A DNA stretch of 64,000 nucleotides from Candidatus Anderseniibacteriota bacterium (GTDB lineage Bacteria; Patescibacteriota; Andersenbacteria; UBA10190). Positions within the stretch are counted from its first letter, which is position 1, and each line of letters starts with the position of its first letter. Shown here piece by piece: positions 27,591 through 37,154 of the stretch. Under the pieces are notes generated by a model, which saw only the letters and a list, made by a program, of their open reading frames with translations, was not told where the DNA came from and searched no databases. The stretch covers positions 1,452 through 65,451 of the forward strand of contig JBBDOX010000011.1 in assembly GCA_040876835.1 (NCBI GenBank), given 5' to 3'. The position numbers and the translations under genes were made by a program.

Positions 27591-27634
27591 AAGTTAGTTA
27601 GGATTTACAAATAGGCTTCTTATGCAGCGCCAAT

Positions 27635-27664
27635 TTGGTTCGAACTTTCTCCGTCCCTTGGAGC
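27635..27664 (+). repeat. Degenerate REP-like element (TTTGGTTCGAACTTTCTCCGTCCCTTGGAGC)
   Basis: Shares the TGGTTCGRA…TCC…GAGC pattern with R2. Lies directly 3' of copB. Confidence 0.4.
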
Positions 27665-27674
27665 ACTTTTTAGC

Positions 27675-27959
27675 CTATTTTTCACCCAGAGGTATTTTTT
27701 TGTATGGTCCCCAGGACTGTGTCCAACTTTTGGACTTCCACCGAAGAAAGAAATGAAGACTTATTCCTAATAGACTTAACGGTAAGAAGAACAAGCCAAC
27801 AGCAACCCATCCTTTCCAAAGAAGTAAAAAGAGCGCGACACTTAAAATAACAATCCATTTCACTAACCTAAACCAGGAGGGCTGGCCATTCAGAATCACA
27901 TACTTTTCTCTTCTAAGAAATTCTTTGAATTTCATTTTTAAAGTGTATACCAAATTCAA
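27675..27959 (-). CDS. Small two-helix membrane protein, hypothetical
   Basis: 94-aa hydrophobic ORF. Confidence 0.35.
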   Translation of the reverse strand: MNLVYTLKMKFKEFLRREKYVILNGQPSWFRLVKWIVILSVALFLLLWKGWVAVGLFFLPLSLLGISLHFFLRWKSKSWTQSWGPYKKIPLGEK

Positions 27960-28036
27960 ATCAGCTAGCTCTAATTTCCCCTTTTCCCAGTTCAGAGTTC
28001 TGAATTTGTTCAGTAAGAGGAGCTACAACTTAAAGC

Positions 28037-28423
28037 CTACCTTTTCGTGACGAAGTGGAGTGCAAACAGATGTTCTTCAAAACTGACCGGAACCATAATA
28101 ACCGTCGTATCCACTGTTCCCGCATCTTTTCTCACCCAAGTGACAGGAATAGTTGAGCCTACTTTCTGTTGAATAGTTTCTTGGAAGGCCTCAACGAGGG
28201 TGGGCTGGCTCACTTCGTCCACAAAGGCTTGTGGAAATGGTTCGGTGACTTTTGCCCACTCGTCTGGGGACGTATACCCAAGAAGGTCGGCAAATTTCTG
28301 GTTGCATACCTTGTGGGTATCATCTAAGTACACGTAGATAGCCTGAGCGGAGCCTTCAAGGATTTCTTTGAATTGATCCGACAAGTCGCGGAGCAACTCG
28401 TGATGGTGTTCGTGATTCGTCAT
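28037..28423 (-). CDS. Hypothetical protein
   Basis: 128 aa. His-rich N-terminus MTNHEHHHELL. No family recognised. Confidence 0.45.
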   Translation of the reverse strand: MTNHEHHHELLRDLSDQFKEILEGSAQAIYVYLDDTHKVCNQKFADLLGYTSPDEWAKVTEPFPQAFVDEVSQPTLVEAFQETIQQKVGSTIPVTWVRKDAGTVDTTVIMVPVSFEEHLFALHFVTKR

Positions 28424-28563
28424 TAGTACTTACTATAACACTATGGGATTGGATGTACATTGACACTTTGTGCGGCAATCTGGGCTCCAATACAGTAAGC
28501 CCCTTGTAGGGCGATGCCACGAGTAGCGACGACCTTCTAAAAGAGGTATGTTAGTAATTGAAT

Positions 28564-29007
28564 ATGAACATGTTTAAGCCAACTAAAGCCAAGACGGTTA
28601 AGGAATATTTTGCTGCCTTGCCGAACGAGCGGCGCGAGCCCATGGAATTTTTGCATACATTCATACAAAAATATGCACCTAAACTTAAGCCAAACTTTAT
28701 TTACAACATGCCTGGCTACGGCAGTTTTCAATACACCAACCACAAAAAGGAAGTTCTTGATTGGCCAGTTATTGCTTTGGCCAGCCAGAAAAACTACATT
28801 AGCCTTTATGTCTGCGCTGTCGAGGATGGTGAATATATTGCTGAAAAGTACAAGGATGGGCTTGGTAAGGTGAGTGTTGGCAAGAGTTGTATAAGGTTCA
28901 AGAAGCTCGAGGACTTAAATCTTCCGGAGCTCAAGAAAGTGTTACGCAAAGCAGCAAAACTGCCTGGGCTTGTCGGCTTGGGTGAACACAAAAAACAGAA
29001 GAAATGA
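28564..29007 (+). CDS. DUF1801 (YdhG-like) family protein
   Basis: ATG 28564; the ORF-track start is TTG 28558. …VKEYFAALPNERREPMEFLHTFIQ… is a typical DUF1801 N-terminus. Confidence 0.6.
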   Translation: MNMFKPTKAKTVKEYFAALPNERREPMEFLHTFIQKYAPKLKPNFIYNMPGYGSFQYTNHKKEVLDWPVIALASQKNYISLYVCAVEDGEYIAEKYKDGLGKVSVGKSCIRFKKLEDLNLPELKKVLRKAAKLPGLVGLGEHKKQKK

Positions 29008-29019
29008 ACTTTAAAGACT

Positions 29020-29268
29020 ATGCAAAAAGCAATCGCCGCCGGTGTGGTTCATAAGGTGCCAGCGGATTTACGAAAGACCCTTGAGGTCACTTCGGCGGCG
29101 CGAGTAGCATGGGAGGATATTACGCCACTGGCGCGCAATGAGTGGATCTGCTGGATTGAGTCCGCCAAGAAACCAGAAACAAGGAATCGTAGAATCAAAA
29201 GAACGTGCACGGAGCTTATGGAAGGGAAGCGCCGACCTTGCTGCTGGGCCGGCTGTATTCATAGGTGA
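29020..29268 (+). CDS. YdeI/OmpD-associated (OmdA) family small protein
   Basis: 82 aa. …ARNEWICWIESAKKPETRNRRI… matches the conserved C-terminal motif of that family. Confidence 0.5.
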   Translation: MQKAIAAGVVHKVPADLRKTLEVTSAARVAWEDITPLARNEWICWIESAKKPETRNRRIKRTCTELMEGKRRPCCWAGCIHR

Positions 29269-29319
29269 AATAAGCGCAGCAGAGGGACGTTTGTCCCAAG
29301 TTTTTATTAAACTATAATA

Positions 29320-30780
29320 CTACTCTACTTCTTGAATTATCTTCAAAGCTCGGGTGCGAGAAAGATTTGCTGATTGCCAATTGTCGCTACTTTTTTGTAG
29401 ATGATCTTTGTCTTTCTGAAGGAATTCTCGCAGAACTTCTTTATCTTCACCTTCTAATTTCTGATACAGTTCAATTTTCCAAGGTTCCGCATCGGCTGAA
29501 AGCTCTCCTACATGAAGAACATCAATCTTTCCTGTCCGATTGTATTGCTCCATATTTGATTTGGCGATAAATGCGTCAGGGTTCACAATGTTTACCGCCA
29601 CCAAGAAAGTTATCACTAACAACAAGGTCCCAAAGGTAAAGAATTGTTCCTGTTTTGCCTTCATAAATTTAACTGTGAGTAAAATGAACAACGCCAAGAG
29701 CAACATAATGAACCCAGCTGCATAAAAGCGAAGCGCGGTCAGGCTATATGCATCGATATACAAAGACAACCGTTTAAATGCAGAAGCGATAACAATTATC
29801 ACCTCCGCTATCAGTACCAGGGCAGGTATCAGAAATTGCTTATTTCTTTTGGATTCAACGCCGGCATACTTCTCCGAAACAAAGAGCACCACAAGTGACA
29901 ACATGGCTACGGCGAGCAATTCCCAGAAACCACGACGCGCATATTCAGCATAGGTAAACCCAGCTTTCGCAATATTCGTCTCCCCGCCAAACAAATACGT
30001 AATCTGGAATGCGATAAACACTAAAAACAGAGTCGAAATAAGTCCTAAGAAGACCAGCACCTCTGTATTCCTGCCTCCTGGCGTTACAGCTTTCGATTTT
30101 TCATCAGTTTTCGTCTGAGGAATCTTCTTAGGGAAAAATATGTAGGAAAGCCAGCTCAAGGCTGCCACGAAAGCAAAAAGCAGCAACACAAGATATTGTA
30201 TTGAATGCTCAGAGATAGTGATGGTAACGAAGCTATTGATAAACCGCGAAAAGGCTAAGTCGGCTTGTGAAAACAAAACACCAAAAATGATTAGTAGTGG
30301 TATCGCCATAAGTACACCTTTAATGACACGTATCCACACGTCGCGGTGCTTTACCTCGCTATGGATCTGGCCAATGAGAGAGACTGAGTATAACGCTCTG
30401 CTCAACATTCTAAGTGGCACCAGAACTGCGAGACTAAGATAATCGAGTAGTTTCATTAAAAAAGTTGGGGTGCCAGTGAGTTCATGCGCCAGTAGCATCA
30501 GCAAACCGAGTGTCGCGCAGAGATTCAGAAAGCTTAGAAATTCATTTGATCGAATACTAGGCATGAGAGCAAAGAAGAGGATCGGTAAACCTAGCCACCA
30601 TATTTTCTGGAAATGTAACTGCTGGCGCAATCCAAACAAGAATACAGCTCCCAAAAGAACTACGGTAAAAATCAATACCGAAATTCCAATTAGCTTGTCA
30701 AAGAACAAGAAATTAAACGTTACGGCCAGACCCAAACTTATTAAAATAATGTATAGCGCTTTTAGTAATGAGTGGTTCAT
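29320..30780 (-). CDS. Large polytopic membrane protein, hypothetical
   Basis: 486 aa with more than 10 predicted hydrophobic helices. Downstream of the XRE/DUF2975 pair on the same strand. Confidence 0.6.
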   Translation of the reverse strand: MNHSLLKALYIILISLGLAVTFNFLFFDKLIGISVLIFTVVLLGAVFLFGLRQQLHFQKIWWLGLPILFFALMPSIRSNEFLSFLNLCATLGLLMLLAHELTGTPTFLMKLLDYLSLAVLVPLRMLSRALYSVSLIGQIHSEVKHRDVWIRVIKGVLMAIPLLIIFGVLFSQADLAFSRFINSFVTITISEHSIQYLVLLLFAFVAALSWLSYIFFPKKIPQTKTDEKSKAVTPGGRNTEVLVFLGLISTLFLVFIAFQITYLFGGETNIAKAGFTYAEYARRGFWELLAVAMLSLVVLFVSEKYAGVESKRNKQFLIPALVLIAEVIIVIASAFKRLSLYIDAYSLTALRFYAAGFIMLLLALFILLTVKFMKAKQEQFFTFGTLLLVITFLVAVNIVNPDAFIAKSNMEQYNRTGKIDVLHVGELSADAEPWKIELYQKLEGEDKEVLREFLQKDKDHLQKSSDNWQSANLSRTRALKIIQEVE

Positions 30781-30794
30781 ATTAAACGTTTAAG

Positions 30795-30998
30795 TTACTT
30801 TTTATATTCTAGAATATCTCCAGGCTGACACTCTAAAGCTTTGCAAATTGACTCCAAAGTTGAAAAACGTATAGCCCGCGCCTTCCCATTTTTTAATATG
30901 GAAAGGTTAGCCATGGTTATGCCAACTTTCTCTGTAAGTTCAGTGACGCTCATCTTTCTTTTTGCCAGCATCACATCAATGTTGATTATAATTGCCAT
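30795..30998 (-). CDS. XRE-family (Cro/C1-type) HTH transcriptional regulator
   Basis: 67 aa. …MSVTELTEKVGITMANLSILKNGKARAIRFSTLESICKAL… is a classic HTH_XRE. Confidence 0.8.
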   Translation of the reverse strand: MAIIINIDVMLAKRKMSVTELTEKVGITMANLSILKNGKARAIRFSTLESICKALECQPGDILEYKK

Positions 30999-31009
30999 AG
31001 TGTGCTCAT

Positions 31010-31474
31010 TTAGACGGTTAAATCATTTTCTGATTTTATGTCTAGAACGTTTTGTAACAACTTTTGGAGAACTGCAGCAAAGACGGCAATCACAAATGAA
31101 GCAAAAATAATGACAAGTCCGATTGCCACGGCACCTGGGGCATCGTCTTTATCTGCTACGTAAATGATGTATGGCATGCCTGCCGCATATAGCGCACTGA
31201 TTGCGATTGCGCAGTATTTTATATTCTTTAAAGCCGTTACAGATAAAGGTGAAAACGCTTTGTTCTTGTCGATATAATCCAAGAGCTTCAGGGTTTGATA
31301 GAGTGCAACGAAAAACGGTATTGCTGGCACATACATACCTAATAAAAGGGGACGATAATATCCCGCCTCTTCCGAACTGATCACCGGGGGCAATATGAAA
31401 ATGCACAACGCAGCCACTCCTATTCCAATAAGGTAAATTACGGCTCTTAAGAATAGTGTTGATCCTCGTTTCAT
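31010..31474 (-). CDS. DUF2975-like four-helix membrane protein (partner of the XRE regulator)
   Basis: 154 aa. The conserved gene pair with a small XRE regulator and the topology fit DUF2975. Confidence 0.55.
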   Translation of the reverse strand: MKRGSTLFLRAVIYLIGIGVAALCIFILPPVISSEEAGYYRPLLLGMYVPAIPFFVALYQTLKLLDYIDKNKAFSPLSVTALKNIKYCAIAISALYAAGMPYIIYVADKDDAPGAVAIGLVIIFASFVIAVFAAVLQKLLQNVLDIKSENDLTV

Positions 31475-31862
31475 AAATAGAATCCTGGTTATGAGATATA
31501 TACGTACATGCTACTCTAGTATTATCGTTTGTCAATATATATTTATCGTTATTTATTATGGCCTACATATAGTGTAGCGCTTGCCTCCTGAAGAATTCAT
31601 CAGACTTTATTGGGTCCAACCCTACCCGTTTTCTCTCGTATGCTGTTGAGATTAGATCGCGGGACGGGTACCTTTTTAAAAATCATTGTTCTCTCTTTCA
31701 TCACACTGGATGGCATCATGCAGGCGCCTGCAAGGGACTGCAGGACGCCTACGAAGGCAAATAGCTAATTACTACAAAAACCATATGGCAAAAGTGAGTA
31801 CACAGTTGACCAGCCGGTAGAAAACTCAGAGATTTATAGAAAAGAGTGGTAGGATACCAGCT

Positions 31863-32024
31863 ATGAAGAACGATCGAATTAAAATCGAAAACCATACCTT
31901 CAGCGGAGCTATCTGGTTCGTCGGCTGGCTGTTTACTATTGGCTTTCTGCATCTTTCCTTTGGGAAAGGCATAATCGCCATCATTATCTGGCCGTACCTG
32001 CTGGGCGTACACTTTGCGGGCTAA
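31863..32024 (+). CDS. Possible 53-aa hydrophobic peptide
   Basis: MKNDRIKIENHTFSGAIWFVGWLFTIGFLHLSFGKGIIAIIIWPYLLGVHFAG in a 660-nt stretch that is otherwise unannotated. Unverified. Confidence 0.3.
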   Translation: MKNDRIKIENHTFSGAIWFVGWLFTIGFLHLSFGKGIIAIIIWPYLLGVHFAG

Positions 32025-32138
32025 GTGCCTGGTGGAGTGGTTGTCGCTAATCTGGTCCGGAACCGGTCGTAGTTTTGGAGCTCAGCGACTTACGGTGCCT
32101 GTTTGTCGTGACTTTTAAAATAGTACATAGTTAAGGAT

Positions 32139-32564
32139 ATGACTACTACACGAAAGATCACCATCTCAACTGTGGTAATTGCGATACTGGCTTTTCCCCT
32201 CACTCGTGTTATCTGGCCGGATGCACCTGATGCTGTGGGGCCCCCTTCTAGTCTGCTCCCGTGGTTCATTGTATTGGGTGCTATTGAGGCCGTTTCCTTC
32301 GGCCTGGGAGTCTCGATGCTTGTCTTCTGCTGGAAAGAGGGGCAGCGTCACTTATGGCCTTTTCTAGCCGTGGTGTGGCTACTGATGTCGTGGTGGCCGC
32401 ACGATAATCTTCACCGGGTGGCTCATGAGAACAACTTTTTGAATCTCCTGATTATTGAATACGTATTTCACGTCACTCTCATGATTGCCGGGTTTATTCT
32501 GGCCCGCTTCCTCGTCAAGAATGTTTTGAGTGAACGCACGGCTAGAAATTCTGAACAAGTTTAG
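32139..32564 (+). CDS. Membrane protein, hypothetical
   Basis: 141 aa with four hydrophobic segments. Confidence 0.5.
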   Translation: MTTTRKITISTVVIAILAFPLTRVIWPDAPDAVGPPSSLLPWFIVLGAIEAVSFGLGVSMLVFCWKEGQRHLWPFLAVVWLLMSWWPHDNLHRVAHENNFLNLLIIEYVFHVTLMIAGFILARFLVKNVLSERTARNSEQV

Positions 32565-32599
32565 CAGCGGGAAATTAAAAATCGTAAAGAGATGAAAGT

Positions 32600-33004
32600 A
32601 TGCTAAGAGAATTCAAGCAATTCGTACTTCGGGGGAACGTTGTCGATCTGGCAGTTGGCGTTGTCGTAGGTGCGGCATTCGGTACGGTTGTAACTGCGCT
32701 GGTGTCGGATGTGCTCACTCCCTTTATTGCGGCTATTGCAAAGGTACCTGACTTCTCAGCCCTCACGTTTACGGTCAATGGTAGTAAGTTTATGATCGGA
32801 CATTTTATTAACGCTCTTATTTCTTTCATACTTGTGGCCGGCACCGTATTCTTTTTTGTTGTTAAGCCTATGAATATGCTTGTAGCGCGCTCACGAAAAG
32901 GATCCTCGATTGACCCAACCACGAAAAAATGTAAGGAGTGCCTGAGTGAAATTCCGGTACAAGCTAAACGTTGCGCGTATTGCGCTCAAGTGGTAAAAGG
33001 GTAG
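32600..33004 (+). CDS. mscL: Large-conductance mechanosensitive channel MscL with C-terminal 4-Cys zinc-ribbon tail
   Basis: 134 aa. …FVLRGNVVDLAVGVVVGAAFGTVVTALVSDVLTPFIAAI… TM1 signature. C-terminal CKEC…CAYC. Confidence 0.85.
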   Translation: MLREFKQFVLRGNVVDLAVGVVVGAAFGTVVTALVSDVLTPFIAAIAKVPDFSALTFTVNGSKFMIGHFINALISFILVAGTVFFFVVKPMNMLVARSRKGSSIDPTTKKCKECLSEIPVQAKRCAYCAQVVKG

Positions 33005-33011
33005 GCGATAG

Positions 33012-33641
33012 ATGACATATTTACCAGAGTTACTAACAGTTGCGTCGATTCATCTCCTTGCAGTTATGAGTCCCGGTCCAGACTTTTTCCTTATTAGCAG
33101 GAATAGTCTAGTGTACTCTCGAAAAGCAGGCATATATTCTGCTTTGGGACTAGCGTTGGGAATAAGTGTACATATAGCATATTCTTTGTTAGGTATTGGT
33201 CTTATTATCTCAAAATCAGTAGTCCTGTTTTCGTTAATCAAGTTTTTAGGAGCTGGGTACCTTATCTATATCGGATACAAGTCTCTTTATGCGCAATCGC
33301 CGGCCGTTCATGCTGCTGATGAAGAAAAGAAAGAAGATTTACCGATCAGCCAGGCGATTCGTGTAGGGTTTCTGACTAATATACTTAACCCCAAAGTAAC
33401 GCTGTTTTTTCTAGCACTCTTCACCCAGGTTATTAACCCCCAGACTCCATTGCCCGTGCAGCTGCTGTATGGATTAGAAATGGCATTCATGACTTTTGCG
33501 TGGTTTGCGGGAGTGGCCACCCTGCTTTCTCATAGCATTGTAAGGAGTCGTTTTGCCTTTATTCAGCAGTATGCTGAGAAGTTCTTTGGTGCAATTCTGA
33601 TTGTTCTGGGTATCAAGGTGGCAATTTCTAGTAGCAAGTAA
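33012..33641 (+). CDS. LysE/RhtB-family amino-acid exporter
   Basis: 209 aa. N-terminal …SPGPDFFLISRNSL… motif. Six TM helices. Confidence 0.78.
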   Translation: MTYLPELLTVASIHLLAVMSPGPDFFLISRNSLVYSRKAGIYSALGLALGISVHIAYSLLGIGLIISKSVVLFSLIKFLGAGYLIYIGYKSLYAQSPAVHAADEEKKEDLPISQAIRVGFLTNILNPKVTLFFLALFTQVINPQTPLPVQLLYGLEMAFMTFAWFAGVATLLSHSIVRSRFAFIQQYAEKFFGAILIVLGIKVAISSSK

Positions 33642-33658
33642 ACCGAGGAACGCAATAA

Positions 33659-34279
33659 ATGAATACTCCTGACAGTAAATTTGAGAAAGCAACAAAAGAA
33701 CTGGAACAACTCGCCTTATCCTACTCAGTACCTAAAGATACTAAGGGATATGAAGAAGTATGGGTGCCAGGGGAGAGTATAAAAATGTGGTCTGTGCCAA
33801 GAAGAACTGCTGAGCTACTTAGGAAATATGTACTAGAATACAAACCAAAAGTAATTCTTGAACTAGGAACATCTTCAGGATACTCAACAATATGGTTGGC
33901 GTCCGGCGCAAAGGAGTATGGCGGTAAAATATACACAGTTGAAATGGCTAGACCAAAAATTGAAATTGCCAGAAAATATATTAAAGAAACGGAGATGGAG
34001 GATGTTGTTGAAATAACTGAAGGTAAAATTGCGGACGTTTTAAAGAATTGGGAAAAGCCAATCGATTTCGTTTTTCTTGATGCAGATAAGATGAACTATA
34101 AACCATACATTGACCAAATAGAGCCCCATCTAAACAAAGGAGCAATTGTTATTGCTGATAACGCTATAGATTTTGCTCATCTGATGAAAGATTACTTAAC
34201 GTATGTTCAGGAAAGCGGGAAATATAAGAGCGAGCTCCTTAACATTGATAACGGATTGATGGTATCAGTTAAGCTATAG
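33659..34279 (+). CDS. Class I SAM-dependent O-methyltransferase (family 3, caffeoyl-CoA OMT-like)
   Basis: 206 aa. …VILELGTSSGYSTIWLA… and …VFLDADKMNYKPY…. Confidence 0.78.
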   Translation: MNTPDSKFEKATKELEQLALSYSVPKDTKGYEEVWVPGESIKMWSVPRRTAELLRKYVLEYKPKVILELGTSSGYSTIWLASGAKEYGGKIYTVEMARPKIEIARKYIKETEMEDVVEITEGKIADVLKNWEKPIDFVFLDADKMNYKPYIDQIEPHLNKGAIVIADNAIDFAHLMKDYLTYVQESGKYKSELLNIDNGLMVSVKL

Positions 34280-34407
34280 CGTGGCGCGAAGCTTGTCGTA
34301 CGCCTGCTCACTCTGGGGCGTGCCAGTGAAGAAAGATGGATAGGCGATGAGCGCAAGAAAAAAGCCCCGTACCTCGTGAAAGGTTCGGGGCCAGGGGATC
34401 TGTTCAC

Positions 34408-35619
34408 TTAGCTTCTGAGAACAGTTTCCAAGTTGTCGAGACCACGCTCGATGTGTTCCAAGTCCTGAGTGAATGTGATCCGCAACACGTTGTCGGTTGG
34501 GTTGTAGCCGTAACCTGACGCTGGCATCATCAGCGTCTTTCGCTCCATCAACTTGCCGGCGAGTGTCAGGTCGTCACCGTCGAAATCGACCTTGAAGGCA
34601 ACGTTGACGCAGCCGCCACGCGGGTAGACCTCTACTACCTCGGGGATGACTGACAGTCTCTCCCGAACGTAGTACTCCTTCTCCCGGAGCGAGGCTTCAA
34701 CCTCAAGGAGAAAGTCCGGCTTCGGCCCATCGAGATCGAGGAGCGCTTGAAGTATCACATCCAGGCTCTTCGGGGCGTTGGCGATGAAACTGCTCATGCG
34801 ACCGATGATGCCGCTACGCCGGGTTCCGAGCAGCTCCGGGGAGGTGATAACCCATCCCACCCTGTGCTGAGCCAGTCCGAATCGTTTGGCAGGACTGTCC
34901 AGTCGAACGACGTGAGGCTGCTCGATCCATTGTTCGTAACCCAGACAGGCCCCCTCGGACGTGAAGCAGTTCTGCATCTCGTCGATGATGATGACGATAT
35001 CCTCCTGAGCCGCTCGCTCGATAACCTCTCTGAGCAAGTTGGCAGGGAAGAAAACGCCGTCCGGGTTGTTGGGGTTTGAGATGATGATGGTGCGAGGCTT
35101 GTCGCTGAACACCTCCTCCATTTCGTTCATGGTCTGCGGCACGTGATGGTGTCCGCTCAGGACGTAATCATACGCGATCACTCGCATTCCGTAATCGCGA
35201 ATGGGGCGCTGGAACATCTGATAGAGAGTGGGGCCGATCACGGCAATGTGTTCGCGACGATACTGCCCAGACTCAAGTCCCATCGCTTCCTCGATGGAGA
35301 GGACGAGACCAGCCCAGGCCCCCGGCACAATGGCGACATTCGCAACGGTGTAGGCAGTATTGTGTTTGCGATTTTCCACTTCCGCGATCTTCTCGCGCAG
35401 TCGAAAGGCTCCAGCCTCGTGGCCGTAAGCCCGTGCCGTCGGCAGCAAATGTTTTTCCATGAATTCCTTCGGGAAGATATCCCAGGGTCCCCGGAAGAAA
35501 ACGCCGGTATCCAGCAGATCTTGGGGCTCCTTGCCCTCGAACATGTCGTGGTAGCTGCAGAACCTGTCGATTGCCTGAATGATATCCGCAGAGTTCCTAC
35601 GAAAATACGTTCGCTGCAT
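34408..35619 (-). CDS. PLP-dependent aminotransferase, class I/II fold
   Basis: 403 aa. NPNNPDG and SPAKRFGLAQHRVGW (Schiff-base Lys). G+C-rich. Confidence 0.72.
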   Translation of the reverse strand: MQRTYFRRNSADIIQAIDRFCSYHDMFEGKEPQDLLDTGVFFRGPWDIFPKEFMEKHLLPTARAYGHEAGAFRLREKIAEVENRKHNTAYTVANVAIVPGAWAGLVLSIEEAMGLESGQYRREHIAVIGPTLYQMFQRPIRDYGMRVIAYDYVLSGHHHVPQTMNEMEEVFSDKPRTIIISNPNNPDGVFFPANLLREVIERAAQEDIVIIIDEMQNCFTSEGACLGYEQWIEQPHVVRLDSPAKRFGLAQHRVGWVITSPELLGTRRSGIIGRMSSFIANAPKSLDVILQALLDLDGPKPDFLLEVEASLREKEYYVRERLSVIPEVVEVYPRGGCVNVAFKVDFDGDDLTLAGKLMERKTLMMPASGYGYNPTDNVLRITFTQDLEHIERGLDNLETVLRS

Positions 35620-35886
35620 GGATTAATCTCCTTGCGTGTGCCCGCCGGCAGGTTGTGGGTTGGAATGTGCAACGCTATTAAGCGCTCCCTGAGGAGCAGC
35701 TGGTCAAAAATGTTTGCTCAACTGCTCTTCAGTGAACTTGTTCGATCATGCAACGTACAATAACAACTCAAACGTGTCAACATAAAAAACTTGACAAAGT
35801 GTTAAATTTTAGCAATAGTGTTTTGCCTATCACAACGGAGTGATAGTGAGCGGAAACAACAGCCCTTATCTTAGGGGGAAGACGTC

Positions 35887-36495
35887 GTGGTCGAATCCAA
35901 AGAGGAGAGTTACAAGGAAGTGATTGCAGAAATCAGGAACCTGCACTGGGAAAATCTTGGACGGAGCGAGTTGCAACAATTGATGTGTCTGTCATACGTT
36001 GCCGCTCTGGAGTTTGCGGAAGCCTTGCGCATCGCTGAGCGGTTGTATACGACTAGCCGCAATGTGCAAGAACTTGTGGCAGGAGAACTGCAGACCAGCA
36101 ACCTCGTCTTCGATGACTACACAGGCCCAGGAGATCACGCCGCATTTCTCAAGCACTTTTTGGAGAAAGGGAATATCCAGCCCCGTGAGGGAGTGCGGAA
36201 GGCAGGAGCTGGATATCTGGAGGTTTGCCACTCTTTATCGGACGAAGTGCGCGCAATGTCTGTGTTCAGCCGTGAAGAGGAGCTGGCCGGAATCTTTGCT
36301 CGTATCCTCGAGGCAGCTGAATGGTTCGGTGCGGACCTCGCGGCGTATCGATACTTCTTGGAGTCGCACATTCGTCTCGACTCCCAAGAAGGAGGGCACC
36401 ACGACCTGACAAAAGAATTCCCAATCGACAGCCGGGTCGGGGACTTCTACAGGGCGAGACTCGACATGTACAGATCCCTGCCAGGCCTCTTCTAG
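35887..36495 (+). CDS. Hypothetical protein (G+C-rich, GTG start)
   Basis: 202-aa ORF with composition like the neighbouring aminotransferase. Helical. Family not assigned. Confidence 0.45.
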   Translation: MVESKEESYKEVIAEIRNLHWENLGRSELQQLMCLSYVAALEFAEALRIAERLYTTSRNVQELVAGELQTSNLVFDDYTGPGDHAAFLKHFLEKGNIQPREGVRKAGAGYLEVCHSLSDEVRAMSVFSREEELAGIFARILEAAEWFGADLAAYRYFLESHIRLDSQEGGHHDLTKEFPIDSRVGDFYRARLDMYRSLPGLF

Positions 36496-36614
36496 CAGTG
36501 AAAAGTACGATACACGCCGCCAACGCTTTCGAGCCGGGGCGGTTTTTCTTTACGCAAGCTCAAAAAAACGTTGGAGTAGCTGGGACATCTAGAGGATGGA
36601 CAGTCGATGGGTAG

Positions 36615-37154
36615 ATGGATCAGTATAAACACATGGTTTCATTGAAAGACACTATTGGAGATTATCAGGTTTTTCTGAACGAAGTTTTAGACCAGGTTAC
36701 AGAAGAAGGATTTGATCTAGCTGACTTTGTACAGCTCGATCATATCTGTTATCGCACAGTTTCTTTAGAGAATTATTATGTTAAGAAAAACGAACTTACA
36801 ACGTTTGCAGAACTGCTTGGTGAAACCATTGTAAGCGAGCGACCAATATCAGCATTCCGCTTACATGATCCTATTATCCATGATAGATGGCGCATAGATA
36901 CAATTGAGCTACCTGCACCAAAAGTTGGCAGTGAATACCCTGAAGGACTCGAGCATGTCGAGTTTGTTCTCTATGACAATATCAAAACTTTCCTTAGCAG
37001 GTACTCACATAAACAGTTCGATTTAAAGGCTGCTGATCGAGGCATTAATCCAGAAGTTGGTTTGAGTCTAGAAAAGCATTCAGTGAAATTTCATTTACTG
37101 AATCTGCCTACGGTTATCTATCTTGAGCACAAGCTTGGTATTACGGAGGTATAG
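36615..37154 (+). CDS. YecM-family protein (VOC-like fold)
   Basis: 179 aa. Alignable by eye to E. coli YecM: DHICYRT, ERPISAFRLHDPI, IELPAPKVGSEYPEGLEHVEFVL, SVKFHLLNL. Confidence 0.62.
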   Translation: MDQYKHMVSLKDTIGDYQVFLNEVLDQVTEEGFDLADFVQLDHICYRTVSLENYYVKKNELTTFAELLGETIVSERPISAFRLHDPIIHDRWRIDTIELPAPKVGSEYPEGLEHVEFVLYDNIKTFLSRYSHKQFDLKAADRGINPEVGLSLEKHSVKFHLLNLPTVIYLEHKLGITEV

